Source: Moniliella sp. 'wahieum'
Lineage: Eukaryota
Assembly: GCA_003971905.1 (NCBI GenBank)
Contig: RSEE01000166.1
Span: 1-64,000, forward strand
Length of the DNA: 64,000 nucleotides
Direction: 5' to 3'
The notes under the pieces were generated by a model. The model was not told the origin of the DNA, did not search any database, and was given only the letters and a program-made list of their open reading frames with translations. Numbering within the stretch: the stretch's first letter is position 1; the number at the start of each line of letters is the position of its first letter. Made by a program: the position numbers and the translations under genes. Shown one piece after another: positions 20,725-33,499 of this stretch.

Positions 20725-23700
20725 TTATTTGGGTGTGTGTTCTGTGCCGAGGGGGGAAAGGGTGGCGTGGGCGCCAGTGTCGGACGAGGCCGCTGGCGCT
20801 GGCGCTGGTGGGACAGAAGCAAGAATGGGGTGTTCGGGCGAACGTCGGGCATAGAAGAGGAGATAGGCTTGGTTGGTCACCACTTGCGCCGGAGGCACAG
20901 GCTTGATCCTCGAATCGTCAAAGATGAACCACCCGTCCTCCCCTGCCGAGTGACTGGGTTCGTTCGAAAGCGGATTGGACGCGCTCTGTAGCGGATCCAA
21001 GCGCGGACCCGTACGTACAATGGCAGTATAATGCCCGCCCACCGTTGAGCCACGATGACAGTCGACCGCAAAAAGGTCGTACACGTCTGCCTCGTCCTTG
21101 CACCCAATAGGCTCCGCTGGTGATGACAGACCCAAACTCTGAGACGCCGATTCCAACCGCTTGGCCAGCATGCGCGAGCCAACTCGATCTCCCAAGCCCA
21201 ATTTGTCCAACGGGAAGCGAACCAATTCGTCCCGCTTCGTGCGTGTCGCATAGGCCACGGATGGTAGGGACTGGGTAGCTGGAGCGTTTGGTGACGGTGT
21301 GCGCTGCAACGACAGAGGCTTTGTCGGGGACGAGGGCGATAGAGAAGGAGAAGAGGTGGCGGGAACGACAGACACAGTGGGAGAGCGGAAGCGTTTGAGG
21401 TGCACCACAAGCACGTCAGGAAGCTTCCATAGATCTAAAGTTTTGACAGCTCGTTGTTCCGTTGCGCACCCAGGGCAGCGCCAGGTATCCTGAGGACCCA
21501 ACTGCTCGGGTGCTGTAAACGCATCGAGACAGTCGCTCAGCGTCGCGTCGCCAGCGGGAGGAGCAGCTAAGACACCGGCACTGGGGCACGGTGCAGGTGG
21601 AGGCGCTGTCGCCGGATCTTCCCACACGGCGACCACAGCCGCGCCCGTGTAGACCACAGGCCACGCCGGAGCCAGACCCGGGAGCCGGGAGGACAGAGCG
21701 GTGAACACGTCAGGGCTACCCTTGGTCGGTGGCACGGGAGTCGTAGGCAGCGGCGAAGCCAAGGACCGAGCGACAACCACAGCCCTGGCTTAGCCTGTGT
21801 GTCTGCGCCCGAAGCCTTGACCACAGCGGCAGCAATGGCTTCGGGGTCACGGGTGACCGAAGGAGGCAAGGCTAGCAGACGAGGCAAGTCCCACTTGATG
21901 GCAGGGCCGCCAATAGGCAGTTCCCCCCCTGGTCCGGGATGAATGCGCCCTCGGACAGTGTGAGAGGCACAACAGCCCATGTCGTTGGATCGGGATCGGG
22001 CGGGCTGACGCCCAAAGCTGCCAGAGAGGACTCGTACGTTTCGAGGCTTGGCACCGTCCCGCCTGAACAAGTGGGTTGGAAGGACGGATTGGTGTCGGGA
22101 GCAATGGAGAGGTCCAGGTGGGAGGCAGCTGGAACGCATGGGCTTCCCGCAGGATGAAAAATACCATGTCGTTGGCCCGTTCGTGTGCGGAGAGCTCGGC
22201 GAGCCGTTCCCACGGTTCATACCATCTTCGCACCACATTGCCCACCACACGGGCGGCAACGATCTATACACCACTGGTCAGCGCTCATACATACACCATG
22301 ACGGGATAAGGACGAACCTGATTGGCCGGCACACCGAGCATAGACCCCAGCTGCTTGCGGACTTGAGTCATATCTGCGTCCGCCCGCGGCGTCAACTGGA
22401 CTCGGCACGGGGGTTGGTTTGGGTCGGCAGGGACAAGGGTGACGATGGGTCGGGTGTGAGGCGCTGCGGGAGCGGGAGGTTCAGGGACAGGGAGGGAGAG
22501 GTGGAGGAACGGCTCGAAGCGAGTGGCGGTAAAGCGGCAGGCGGGGCAGACCAAGGTACTGCGCAAAAGACCAGTAAAAAGGTCGGTAATCGCACTGGAA
22601 TTGCGTTGTTCGTACTCGTCCCATGCTCTCGTCGCAGCTTGAAGCAACTCGTCGTCCTTCGCCTTCTCTCGCGCCAACGCTGCTTGGGCACCAAATGGGT
22701 TTTGCCAGCCAAGACGGGGACTTTACTGGGAACGGTCGACGTCATGGTCGCAATGCCCGGATTGGAGGTCAACACTCCATTAGAGGGCGGAGGGCGCTTG
22801 AGGTCCTCAGACAGCCCATCGAGCAGGAACGCGAGAAATTCTGATGGTCAAGCATGGATAGGTCAGACTGCAGAACAGGAGAAATATACCAAGAAAACAA
22901 GGGAGAGTCGCTTACCATGGGAGTCTTGCTGCGCATAGCCACTAAACTGGGGGGCGAACTTGCTCACGGCGGCGCGAAATTCGCGGGGGATGAGACTAGG
23001 GATCCTCGTGACCCACCCCTGGCTATCAATGTCAATAGGGGGCAACTGATGTGGTCCAGAAGGCTTTCCCTTGACGCTAGAAGAGGAAGACTTGTCTGTC
23101 TTGCTAGCCGTCTCATCGTCCGAGTCGAGCATACTCTTCTTGCGCGCAGGCAAGGCCGAACGGCGTTGGTTGTGCGCATGGTACCAACCGAAGGAGGGGG
23201 TAGGCGGTTAGGAACGGGGCGAGGGAACCCGGTTGGCGGGGTTCATAGAGGCTGCATACAACGCCGACGCGGTCACGGGTGCCCGTGCCGACGAGGGTCC
23301 AGATCGTGCAGTCTTGGACGGGACTGGGGCGACAAACGTGCTGGTCGGGGTGTAGTGCCAAATCTGGTCAAGCAGGCGACAGAAGGTGTGGACCAGCTCG
23401 CCTGGCTGCCAGCGGATTGGTCGTATTGGTCTCTTTCTCGTGGGCGCCTGAGAGAAAGTATTGGGCCAGGGCGGGGGTGTGGGCGAGGCATTGGACGGCG
23501 CTTGTCATAAAACACGTGTTACCCAGGTTGCTCACGCCCACCAGGCCGGCCGGGCGAGGTGGCTTGACCGCCGACTTGGTCTTGTCCCCCTCGGTCAGGA
23601 AGGCCTTGGGAGTGGAAGATCGCGTCGGGGGATCGAACGCGTCAGTGGGGGCCGTCGTAGCTGCAGTCCACTCGCTGAAGTCGGTTACACTGGAAGCAGG

Positions 23701-25148
23701 GGAAGAGGAGCGGGCGCCCGTTCTGAAACTGAGAGCGGTACCAGGGCTCTGTTCCCGACCCCACCCGACAGATGAGATAGGCGGACTAGCTGTGTCCCGG
23801 GCCAGACGGGGGACATGAGGGCCCCTGGCAGACTCGCTCCCCCACAGGAGAAGCCACACCCATACGTGGACCCAATCCCGAACCACCCGGGGAGCCGGAG
23901 AGACTTGCAGAGGAATGGTGCTCCATCGACCCAAAGACGGGTTGAGGGTGGTGGACGGGGATGCTACTCCTCCCGTTTACACCGTTGTTGTCCTCGTGGA
24001 GACGAGAAGTGCAAAGAGGAAGGGGTGACTTTCCAGGCGAACTTGAAAGTGGCTTGGATGGTGGGTGGGACGTAGCGCATGCAGGCGTTGGAGATGCGAG
24101 TGCTTTTTCCGCTGCTGGCGACTCTGTTCCAGTCAGTGAAGCAACCGCCACAGCTGGAGTAGCATTCACAGCTGGAGCCTCAGCTTGAATAGGTGCTGGA
24201 GCCTCAGCTTGAGTAGGTGCTGGAGCTTCAGCTTGAGCAGATGCTGGAGCTTCAGTTTGAGCAGGTGCTGGAGCCTCAGCTTGAGCAGGTGCTGGAGCTT
24301 CAGTTTGAACAGGCTGGAGCTGCAGCTTGAGTTGGAGTTGGAGCAGGAGCAGGAGCAGGAGCAGAGCAGGAGCAGGAGCAGGAGCAGCGGGCTGGGTGGG
24401 CGCTGAAAATGCAGAATGGGAAGGCAAGGGTAGAGCAGAGTGCCTTGCCGATCCAGAGGAAACCGAGGCGGTGGCGGTAGGGGGGGACGTCATCTGCGAG
24501 CCTGGCTGAGGCGCATTGCGCAAGGCGAGGGGGCCGTTGTGGGACGGGGCCGATGCAAGCGGAGGGGGGCACAATGCGATGGGAAATAAGAAGGGCTCGA
24601 TCCCGGTCCAGATGAGGGAGAAGGAGGATGGAGGGGACGAATTCCATGCTGAGGGCGGGGCCAGCGGCGCGTCGTGTTCCTGGCTGAGCGCTGGCGGAGC
24701 AGGGGAGCGGGACAGGCGCGAGAAGCGGGACAGGGGGCGGGGGGGGGCGGGGGAGGCGTGGCGGGTTGGTGGGGCAGTGGGCGTACTGGACGGAGAGCGG
24801 AGGAGATCGAAGCTGCGGCCATGGCTCAGGGCGGAGGGGGGCGTGGCGGTGCCGGAGCCAAGGTGGCTGTGGTCGGAGGCGAGGGAGACACTGCTGGTGT
24901 TGGCAGGCACGTCGGAGCGCGAGTGACGGAGGTTGCGCATGCCCGGAACAGCGGCGAGCGGCTGCGGGGAGGGTGGGCGGGGGCGGGCACGGACAGGTGC
25001 ATGGACCGGCGGGGCTGGGGCTGTCGGTCGTTGCATGGCGTCGGGCAGGCAGGGGCGGCGGGGGTGGCACGACGGTGGGGGTGGACGCGAGGGAGGCGCT
25101 GTCGGTGTCGGGCTCCTTCCTGCGCCGGCGCAAAAAGTCGAGACGCAT
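20725..25148 (-). CDS. ubiquitin carboxyl-terminal hydrolase (USP/UBP family, Ubp12/USP4-15-like) with long low-complexity N-terminus
   Basis: Cys box GLVGVSNLGNTCFMTSAVQCL; FSGYAQQDSH|EFL across intron ~22843-22915; DLFTGLLRSTLVCPAC; TLSDCLDAFTAPEQL..WRCPGC; LPDVLVVHLKRF; His box YDLFAVDCHRGSTVGGHYTA; WFIFDDS; AYLLFY. Confidence 0.93.
24165..24310 (-). repeat. 24-bp coding minisatellite (QAEAPAPA/QTEAPAPA) in the USP N-terminus
   Basis: About 6 copies of gctggagc(c/t)tcag(c/t)ttgagcaggt. Confidence 0.85.
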
Positions 25149-25801
25149 GGGGAGATGGTGGGGGGGGGGAGAGGGGAGGCGGGAGAGGGGGAGGGGAGAG
25201 GGGAGGCGGGAGAGGGGAGAGGTGAGATGGTGGTGGTGGGCCGTGTGGGGGCTGGAGGCGCCGGAGGGCGGAGCGGGAGGCGCAGGCTGAGCGGCAAGGC
25301 TGGCTAGTGACTGATGATTAATGATTGAGGGCTGCAGAGCTGAGCGCTGATTACGAGTAGCAGCGGATGATCAAAGCAGATTCAATATCAGTGATCCAGT
25401 CCCCCCCATCCGCCCAGCCGGCGGAAGGCAGGCGGCACGTGGGCAGTGTGCCGGACGAAGGGCGGGTGCGAACTTGAACAATTGCCTGGCCAGCCAGCGC
25501 AGCGCACGCGGGCGCACGCGGCGATGCATGGGCATGCATGACATGTGACGCATGACGGAGCCACTTCTGTTGGGGCCGGAACGTGCGCGGTTCCAAGGCC
25601 CGCTGATGTCCACATCGAATCCAGCACGATAAGACGTTTCCTCCGCCCGCGCCAACCGCCAACCACCGCCAGTCCAGTCCAGTTCAGTTCAGTCCGGTCT
25701 TGTCCGATCCGGTCTGCTGCATGCTGCCTCTCGCCGCGCGGCGCCAGTGCCATCCCAGGCGCGTGCTCCTGCGCCACCCTCCCCGCTCTCGCTCTCCTCC
25801 G

Positions 25802-26780
25802 CTACAATCCATTCGCATCATCCACCGTAACAAAGCTGCGGTCGCAGTACAGCAACGGCCGTCTCCGCTCCTCCACCGCCCCGAATCCCGTCGGGCGGCG
25901 GTCTACCCCACACACCTCGGCGATGAACAGCAGTGTACCCGGAGCGCGTGCGGCGGCGCGCACACGCGTCCGGAACGCCTCGTCCGTCCCGAGTTCACTC
26001 GCGCCCACCCGGAGGGGGAGAGGTCGACGACCCGAATGATGCGGCACGCCAGCGCGCCCATCGCATCCACCAGGAACGGCACGCCGTCTCCAGCGCCGCC
26101 GTGGGAAGGGTAGGCATGCTTGGAAAACGCAATGGCATTCGTATTGAGCGGGTGTAGGGTATCGTCCTCCATCTTGTCCGTTGGGTCCTTCTGCTCTCGC
26201 CGTCCCCCGCTGAGCACGGCGCGGTTTTGCGCGCCACATCGTACGGCGCCAGACCTGGGTGGGCATACGTCCGCGCAATGTCCGCCTGCTGCGAAGAGAG
26301 TAGGTTGACGACAAAGTGCGGTCCTGGTGCTGGTGCGCGGGAGGACGCATGGGCCAGCGCGTCATGCAACAGCGCATCGGCCAAGCGGGAGGGCACGCGC
26401 AGACTAAACGCAACCCGGGGCGGGTCGAGGCTGATGCTGCTGAATGAGGACAGGGTGGCGCCATGGACGAGGGTGCGGCCGGCTGCGCGGGCCATGGCGG
26501 CAGCGTGAGAGGGATAGGTACGTTTGGGCGCCAAGAACGCCGAAGCGCCTCCTGGCTCCCCCTCGGTGCCGGGCGGCGGCAAGAAGGCGGTGATGATGGC
26601 GACCGGTTGGGCCGAGGCAGCATGACCAGACGTAGCTGCTCCCCAATGTCCTCGGCCCATCCTCCGGGTGCGGAGGGGGCTTGGAGGCGAGCAAGCAGAG
26701 CAGCTGGAAATCGCACGCGCCGAGAGGAGCAGCGGCAGGGTGAAAGACCGCGCCTGGCGAGCAAAGGGAAGGAGGGCCAT
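25802..26780 (-). CDS. flavin reductase-like (FMN-binding split barrel) protein
   Basis: AQPVAIIT, HGATLSSFSSISLDPPRVAFSL, FVVNLLSSQQADIA, GVPFL..A.GALAC, LFIAEV, PLLYCDRSF. Confidence 0.85.
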
Positions 26781-27155
26781 CGAAACGTAGCAAAGACGGG
26801 GCTGGGCCGCAGATGGAGATGGCGGATGGCGGCGCAGGAGGTGGTGGGGTGGTGGTGGTGTCTTCCCGCGGATATTGGCCCAGGTCTCGTGCTAGCAATC
26901 GCTGCGCAGCGGGGTGCTTGCAGTGACGCCAGTCACGTGCACGCCATTCCGCATCGCTGCAGTATGAATGTTGAAATTGCAGGCCGGCGCGGGGCGGAGA
27001 GACACTGGCGCCGAGCGGGCCAGGAGGAATGGGCGGCGCGTCTTCTTCGCGTCGGGCGAGGGGAGGCGGGGAGCACGCTCCAGGTGCGCGTCGCCAGCCG
27101 CTGCGCCACCGCCACCACCGCCGCCACCACACACCTCCGCCTCCTCTACCTCCCC

Positions 27156-28382
27156 ATGCCCCGAGACGCGGCCCAGGAACTCGCGCGTCAGCTGTGGCTG
27201 CAGGCCATGCTCGCCAGTCGCGAGGTGAGTCGCGCCATGCCGAGATGCTCTATCGCAAAGCGCTCTCTCTCGGCCGAGGCCAATGGCGCCGGCGCCGCGC
27301 CGCTCGTCGTTGGGGACACGGCACTGAGCTTTGTGGACTTTTGTTCGGCCTCGGCGCAAATCCTGGAACGGGTGGGCCTCGACCTGCGGTTTTTCACCGA
27401 CCAGGTCTCGGGCGTGGAGTGTCTGATGATTGTCAATACCCGCGACGACGTTGCGGCCGAGGAATTTGGCACGGCCTACTCCAAGCCCGAGTTGGCCTAC
27501 ATCAAGCGAGTCGTGCGTCTCCTCTCCTCTCTTCTCTTCTCCCTCTTTCTCCTGCACATTGGACCTGCCTAACCTTGCCTCGTCTGTATGCTACAGATTA
27601 AAGCCATGTTTACAGCGCCGGGGATGCGGTACAGTGTGCCGTACTCGAGTGCGCTGCGGCTCGCGTCGCACGAGGAAGGGGGTCTGACGCGGCGTGCAGC
27701 ACAAGACTTGATCTACAACCTTCAGCTGCACGGCTGGTTTGTCTCGATCCACGACGGCACGCGTCTGTCGCTGGCCCCGCGCGCGCTGGTCGAGTTGCGG
27801 GAAAGCCTCGAAGCCGAGTTGACGTGCGCAAGTGCGTGGAATGTTCCGAGTTGCGTGACTGGCGCTGCGTGTGGCAACACGAGCGCGGCGCGCCGTTCCC
27901 TGTGACAGCCGCGGGCGAAGAAGAGGCTGTGCCGGCCGCATGTACATTTGCGTTTCACACGCGCTGCTCCAAGGCTGCGTTGAGTCAGCACATTCGTGCC
28001 GAGCGCGCGCATGGTCGTCTCGGGCCCGACGAGCAAGGTCCAGCCACATGTCCTGTCTGCAAGGGTGATTGGGCGCCGATCATGGTGGGCGAAGCTGGTA
28101 CGAACGATGCGGCCGACGCTGAGGACGGCTCAGAGGACGAGGATGATCTGGCGCGGATGCCAATCGAGCCACGGGCACGGCGGAGGCCAGCTGGCACCAC
28201 CGCGCCTTCCTCATCAATGATGAGGCCGAGACCGAGTCGGAAGGGGAAGATGCGTCCATGCTGCTGCGCAGGCTGGGATGGACGCGCTCGACGAGGAGGA
28301 GGAGAGAAGAGAGAGAAGAGGAAGAAGAGGAGGAAGAGGAAGAGGAGGAGGAGCAGCCGCGCCGAACGCGACGGGGTACTAG
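27156..28382 (+). CDS. NSE1: Smc5/6 complex subunit Nse1 (winged helix + RING-like finger)
   Basis: LWLQAMLASR, IVNTRDD..E.GTAYS.PELAYIK, intron ~27513-27597, GWF...LAPRALVEL, C-x2-C...FHTRC...CPVC..DW, acidic tail. Confidence 0.88.
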
Positions 28383-28613
28383 CGACAAGGTTCTGTGGGG
28401 ATGAGCGGGAACCCATTCCCCATTCCGTTTGCGTATGAAGTCTGTCTCTGTAGACTAACAAACCGCTTCGATAGACTCCAGAATGCAGGCTATGGACTGC
28501 TGTGGATTTGCATAGGACCAGCTGGGCTACATGAAAAAAAACCTGAGTCAAGTATAGGATCGCTTGATGGAGAAAGATGGAGACACAACGGGTAGCGAGC
28601 CGAACGAAAGATA

Positions 28614-29837
28614 TCACGACTTGGTCTCCTGCCCCCCGTGGCGGGTGTCGGGGGTTTGTTGCGGGCGAGCATGCGCGGTATGCGCCACGCGGAACCGGAA
28701 CCGGAACCGGAACCTTCCTGGGCCGGGGGGATAGGAGAGGACGAAGGTCCGTGACCCAAGATGCGCTGGTGGCGTTCCCAGTCCGAATCCATCATCCAGT
28801 GGGACACTGCCAGGTTGACCAAAGCCGACCCGTCCCACTCGGGGTTGGCCACGCCGGCATTCGCCAGCGCCAGCTCGTCCTCTGCCAGCGATACGTAGAC
28901 CTGCCGCCCTGGCGTCGGGCACGAAGGAGGAGGATGCGGTGGCTTGGAATGGCGCAAAATCAGGGCCTGGAAACGGACCTGGGCGGCATGCCGTTGCTGC
29001 TCGAGCGAGAGACGGGGGGCCAAGGTGGAGTGCAGTGGTAGTGCTGGCTCGGTCGAATAGGCTGGCAACCCATCGGACGTCTGTCCAGGAGGAGAGGAAA
29101 TGGATGCGGTAGAAGGGAGATCAATGTACCGTCTTGCATGCAACACCGAAGGGGTGTGGACCGCCGTACGAGGCAGTCCGTTGATCGCACAGATTTGCGC
29201 ACGAGAGCAATGGAAACGCAACGCAAGTCCGGCCACTGTATCGTGGGGTTGAAGGTAGTACCGCACCAACGCAGGAGCGGAAGTAACGTCGAGTGCGTTG
29301 GAGTTGCGGCCGGAACTCTGGTGGCGCCACCGTCTTTGGCGGGGGAGAGGGCGGAGCAGAGATGGGAGCAGGCGTAGGAGCTGCCGACGTGGAGGGAAGA
29401 GGAAGAGGGGTCGAATCCAGCGTGTCCGAATCATGGCCAAGGCCAAAATCAGCTGTGGGTGAGTAAGCCGGGGGGGGATCCAGAGGGGCAGAAGCAGGAG
29501 CAGCGGGTTGGACGGCGCCTGGCAGTGGCGACACACCGGGCGGGGCAGGGGCGTCTACGCCGCTGGCTCCGCCCGGTTGAGGGAGAGAAGAGTGGGCCAG
29601 CGCCGACTGCGCTTCGGCGGCATCGCAATCAAAGAGGGTGTCGCCGGCTTTGAGGACGTCGGTGCGGCGTTTGCGCAGCGCCGACAGGGCATCGTCGCAA
29701 AAGGGACAGTAGGTGGCGAGGCGGACATTGCGGGCCGTGCAGCGCGCACACACCCGGCGCTGGCAGCACCCATGCACCACCTCGTCCTGCGCACGCCCCG
29801 ACAGCGAGTGGAAGCACGTGGAGCACACGTTGGGCAT
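28614..29837 (-). CDS. LysM-domain protein with N-terminal Cys-rich (RING-like) region
   Basis: MPNVCSTC...CCQRRVCARC..RN.RLATYCPFC; LysM YYLQPHDTVAGLALRFHCSRAQICAINGL; DSDWER near the C-terminus. Confidence 0.85.
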
Positions 29838-30857
29838 GGCCAGAAAGAAGGCGGGCGGGGCGGCGGGTGGCAAACGAGGAGGCGATACACTCGACGGTGC
29901 GCTCGATAACAGATCTCCCCAGCTGGCTTTGGTCGGCCAGGCTGTAGCGCTGCGCTGTGTTTGAACATTGCACTGCCGTGACTGCCTCGACTGGAGCTTG
30001 GAGCGTGGAGCTGGAAGCGGAGGTGAGGCTGAGGAAGCATGACGCGTGCTGCTGGGCTGTGCTGTCCTATCCTCGCATCGAATCGTCGGTCGCCTTTGCC
30101 GAGGCGTCCGCTGCCGCTGCCGCTGAATCTGCGACTGGGTCGGGTGGGTATAGGATCGCGGAGGACGTGGCAATATGCGTGTTTGTGTGTGGGCACCCGT
30201 ATAACGAACGCATGACGCTCAGACTCAGGCCCAAGCCGAGGCGTGCGTTCCGCCTGTGCTGAGCCTTGATTTTGACGTTGATAATCTGATCACTACTCAC
30301 TGATCCCTGATCCCACCCAGGCGACGGGGGGATCCGGCTTGACCGTCCAATGTAACCCTCGGCCCCGGCAGGGCAAGTGACACACCCGCCCCCACCTGCT
30401 GCACACTCGACTGTACCATCTCTCCATCGACGCCCCTCCCGCTCACATGGCGGAGGGGAGCATCTCCACCAGCGTCCAGCGCGTTCGTCTCTTGTTGGCG
30501 ACGCGCTGGCCTGACGCTGACGCCTGACGCCTGACGCCAGATGGGCGAGTGGGGGCGAGCGGTGACCTGGGCATGTGAAGTGCACGAACAGAGGCCCCGG
30601 AGGCCGGAGGCCTCCTTGGGAGTGATACGACGACTCAGGAGGCCCCAAGCCCTCAGATGAGGCCCCAGGCCTCCCGCGGCCTCACGCGGCCTGACGGCCT
30701 CACCGCGGGGCTTGCTGGACGGAAGGAAAGTGCCGTCGTGCGGTCGCGCCGCCCGCGCGCAACGCGCCAGTGTGTCGCTGGGCTCCGCAATATTGGCAGG
30801 GGAAGCACGGCGGCAGTGGAGGCGATGCGCGTCACGTGCCGCGGGTCAGGCGCGTCT

Positions 30858-30865
30858 GTATAAAT
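30858..30865 (+). promoter_or_regulatory. TATA box of histone H1 gene
   Basis: GTATAAAT about 120 bp upstream of the ATG, followed by a pyrimidine-rich leader. Confidence 0.5.
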
Positions 30866-30977
30866 CCGTCGCTTGCTGGGCGCGGCCGCCTGGCAACCCA
30901 CCACCGTCTGCCCCCTCCGCCTCCTGCCTCCCTCCTCCCTCCGTTTCCCCCCTCTCCGCGCCTCCACCACGTCCACC

Positions 30978-31940
30978 ATGGTTGCTGCCACCAACGACAC
31001 CAAGCCCGCGCCCAAGAAAGCCGCCGGCCCCAGCTACGAGGTACGCCCCCCGCCGCCACGTCAGCCCAAGCCCCCGTGCCCAGTCGCCGCCCCCACCCCC
31101 CTTGCCCTCGCTGGCGCGCCTCGTCGCGCTGCTAGCGGCGCCATAGACTCTCCTTCCCCCCGCACAGCACCGCTCGATCGGCACCGCGTGCCGCTGTGTC
31201 GGTGACACGCGCCTGAGCGCGTCTGCCAGCCCGCGCGGCCGGCCGACGCAGCCGCGGGCAGGGCGCAGGCATGGCGCGAGCGTAAACCGGCGAGCGATCG
31301 CCTGAGCCAACACGGCCCAACGGCTGTGCCTCGAGCTCGGGCGCGTCAATGTGGCCGCTGGCTTGGGCTGGACGGGCGCTTTGCGCTCCCCATGTCCACT
31401 TGGACGGTTTACTGACCCTCTCCCCACCTCCCTCTGCCGCCATGTGCTTATCGCTCCTCTAATCGTGCTCGTTGAAATTGGGTTGGTACGCCGGCGCGAC
31501 GTGTAGGACATGATCAAGGCTGCGATCCTTGCGCATCCCGAGGAAAGTCGTTCGGGCCTGTCGCGTCCTGCGCTCAAGAAATGGATCCATGCGCAGTACG
31601 CCCACACTGCCTCGCTCTCCGAGGCAGCCTTTTCGGCGCATGTGGCGCGCGCCATCGCAGGTGGCGAAGCCAAGAAGGTGTTTGTGCTGCCCAAAGGTCC
31701 TTCGGGCAAGGTCAAGCTTGCGCCGGGCGCCAACCCAAGGCCAAGAAGACCAAGAAGCCTGCGGAGACCAAGGATGCTCCTGCCAAGAAAGCTACGGTCA
31801 AGAAGGCCGATTCGGGCAAGAAGCCGTCTGCCAAGAAGGCTACGACCAAAAAGACGGCCACTAAGAAGGCGGCATCGAAAGCCAAGACGGAGCCCAAGAA
31901 GTCTGCGCCGAAGAAGGCGTCGAGCGCGAGCAAGAAGTAG
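30978..31940 (+). CDS. HHO1: linker histone H1
   Basis: MVAATNDTKPAPKKAAGPSYE|DMIKAAI..GLSRPALKKWI...VLPKGPSGKVKLA, then a K/A/P/T-rich tail. Intron 31041-31506. Confidence 0.95.
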
Positions 31941-32399
31941 ACTTATGCCTTGCACCTCGTTAGGCTGCAGCCGCGTTTCGCCTGCTCTATTGCTGTTTTC
32001 CCCGCCCGGTCCCGTCCGTTCTTGCCGTGCCCCCATGTATCTCCATCTCCCCGCTTTCCTGACGGCTTCTTTTCCTCCTTCTCGAATCTCCCCCGCCGCT
32101 CCGCTCGCGCTCCTACTCTAGACTAGGCCACACGTTGCCTGGTGGGTCGAACGACCTTGGGCGGCGTATGCATGCGCCATCCTTTCTGGCGTGCGGCATA
32201 TGTTTTCTTTCCTGCGGCCCTGTATTCGAACTGGTTTCCTTGTACCCGCGATAGACGAACGCTATCTCCTCTCCTCTCGCTGTAGCTCTAGTGCCTACAC
32301 CCATCTAGACTGCCTTCAGATTCAAACCAGAGCAGAGCAAAGCAGAGCAGAGCACTTCCAATCTTTTTTTTCACCAGGGCAGAGCCTTTGTACCAAGCG

Positions 32400-33209
32400 T
32401 CACTTCTTCGAGCCGCGCTTCTTGCTCTGTTTGCCCGACTTGGGTGCCGTCGAGCTGGACTTGGCAACCGATGGAGCCGAGGCAGGACGCTGGGCATCGG
32501 CCAACGTCGCACGAGCCTCTTGCACTTGCTGCTCCAACGCCGCCTCGTTCTCCTTGGACTGGGAGCGGGTCGCATAGTACTGTCCACCCTGCAGCAGCAG
32601 CACGCCCACCAGCGCCGCGGCAATCGTCACATTGGCCGAGGCAAGGTCTTGCAGCTGCTGGGTAAGCGTCACCCCCGACGCTTCCGTCGCGGCCGCAGGA
32701 AAGGGCGGCAGGGCTCGCAAGATGGGGATCACATTGAACAGGGTGATGATGCCCACTGCACTGAGCAAAACTACGATCCACCGTCCCAAGCAAGGTCAGC
32801 TGGCACGATAGGAACAACAGACAGACAGCGGCGGGCTGTCGGCTGCGGGGTGAACAGCCTCACGGGGGAAACAGGGCCAGCACGTACACAGCGTGGCGCC
32901 ATCAAACAGCCAATTGTCTTCGCCGCCAGCAAAGACCTTGAGGCCCGCACCGCTGGCGCCAATCAGGCCAGCCAAAGCAATGCCGCGCTGGGCCCAGGCG
33001 TGCACGTCGCCTGCGCCGCCGGTGGGCAGCGTGTCGCGCGGGAAGTGTGGGCATAGTACGCGTGGGCAGCGGCGAGGTGCTCGGCGGTCAGCGGCCGTTG
33101 CCACAGCACCAGGTGGTCTGCGGTCCAGTGCACCGCCAGCGTGCCCAGAAGGAACGCAGCCGAGATGAGCACCACGGCTCCGCCCACCGAGTTGATGATG
33201 GTGCGTCAT
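32400..33209 (-). CDS. SHR3: Shr3-like ER membrane chaperone of amino acid permeases
   Basis: AFLLGTLAVHWTADHLVLW, ENWLFDGATL-like (EDNWLFDGATL), LASANVTIAAALVGVLLLQGGQYYA, basic C-terminal tail. One intron. Confidence 0.85.
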
Positions 33210-33499
33210 GCCGCCCGAGGTGGTGGAGAGAGGCACGTGCGGGTGGGGGGGGTGGGGGGGCTGCGTGCTGTGCGCCTGCTGCCCCGCACGTGTCTGCCCA
33301 GGCATGCGCCAGGCGACTGCTTACGTCACGCGTCACCCCCGCCTCGCATCTATCCATCAACGTTCAAGCGTTCAAACGTTCAACCAGGCCATGCTCTACA
33401 TGCTACCCACCCCCCCACGGCCGGTGGCGAGGGAAATGTACATGGCAATCGAGACGGTCCCGACGATGGAGACGTACATCGGGAGGAGGATCAATCAGG

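Noticed and set aside
25308..25352. C/D-box snoRNA (TGATGA...CTGA)
   Set aside because: Too short, with no terminal stem and no recognisable rRNA guide.
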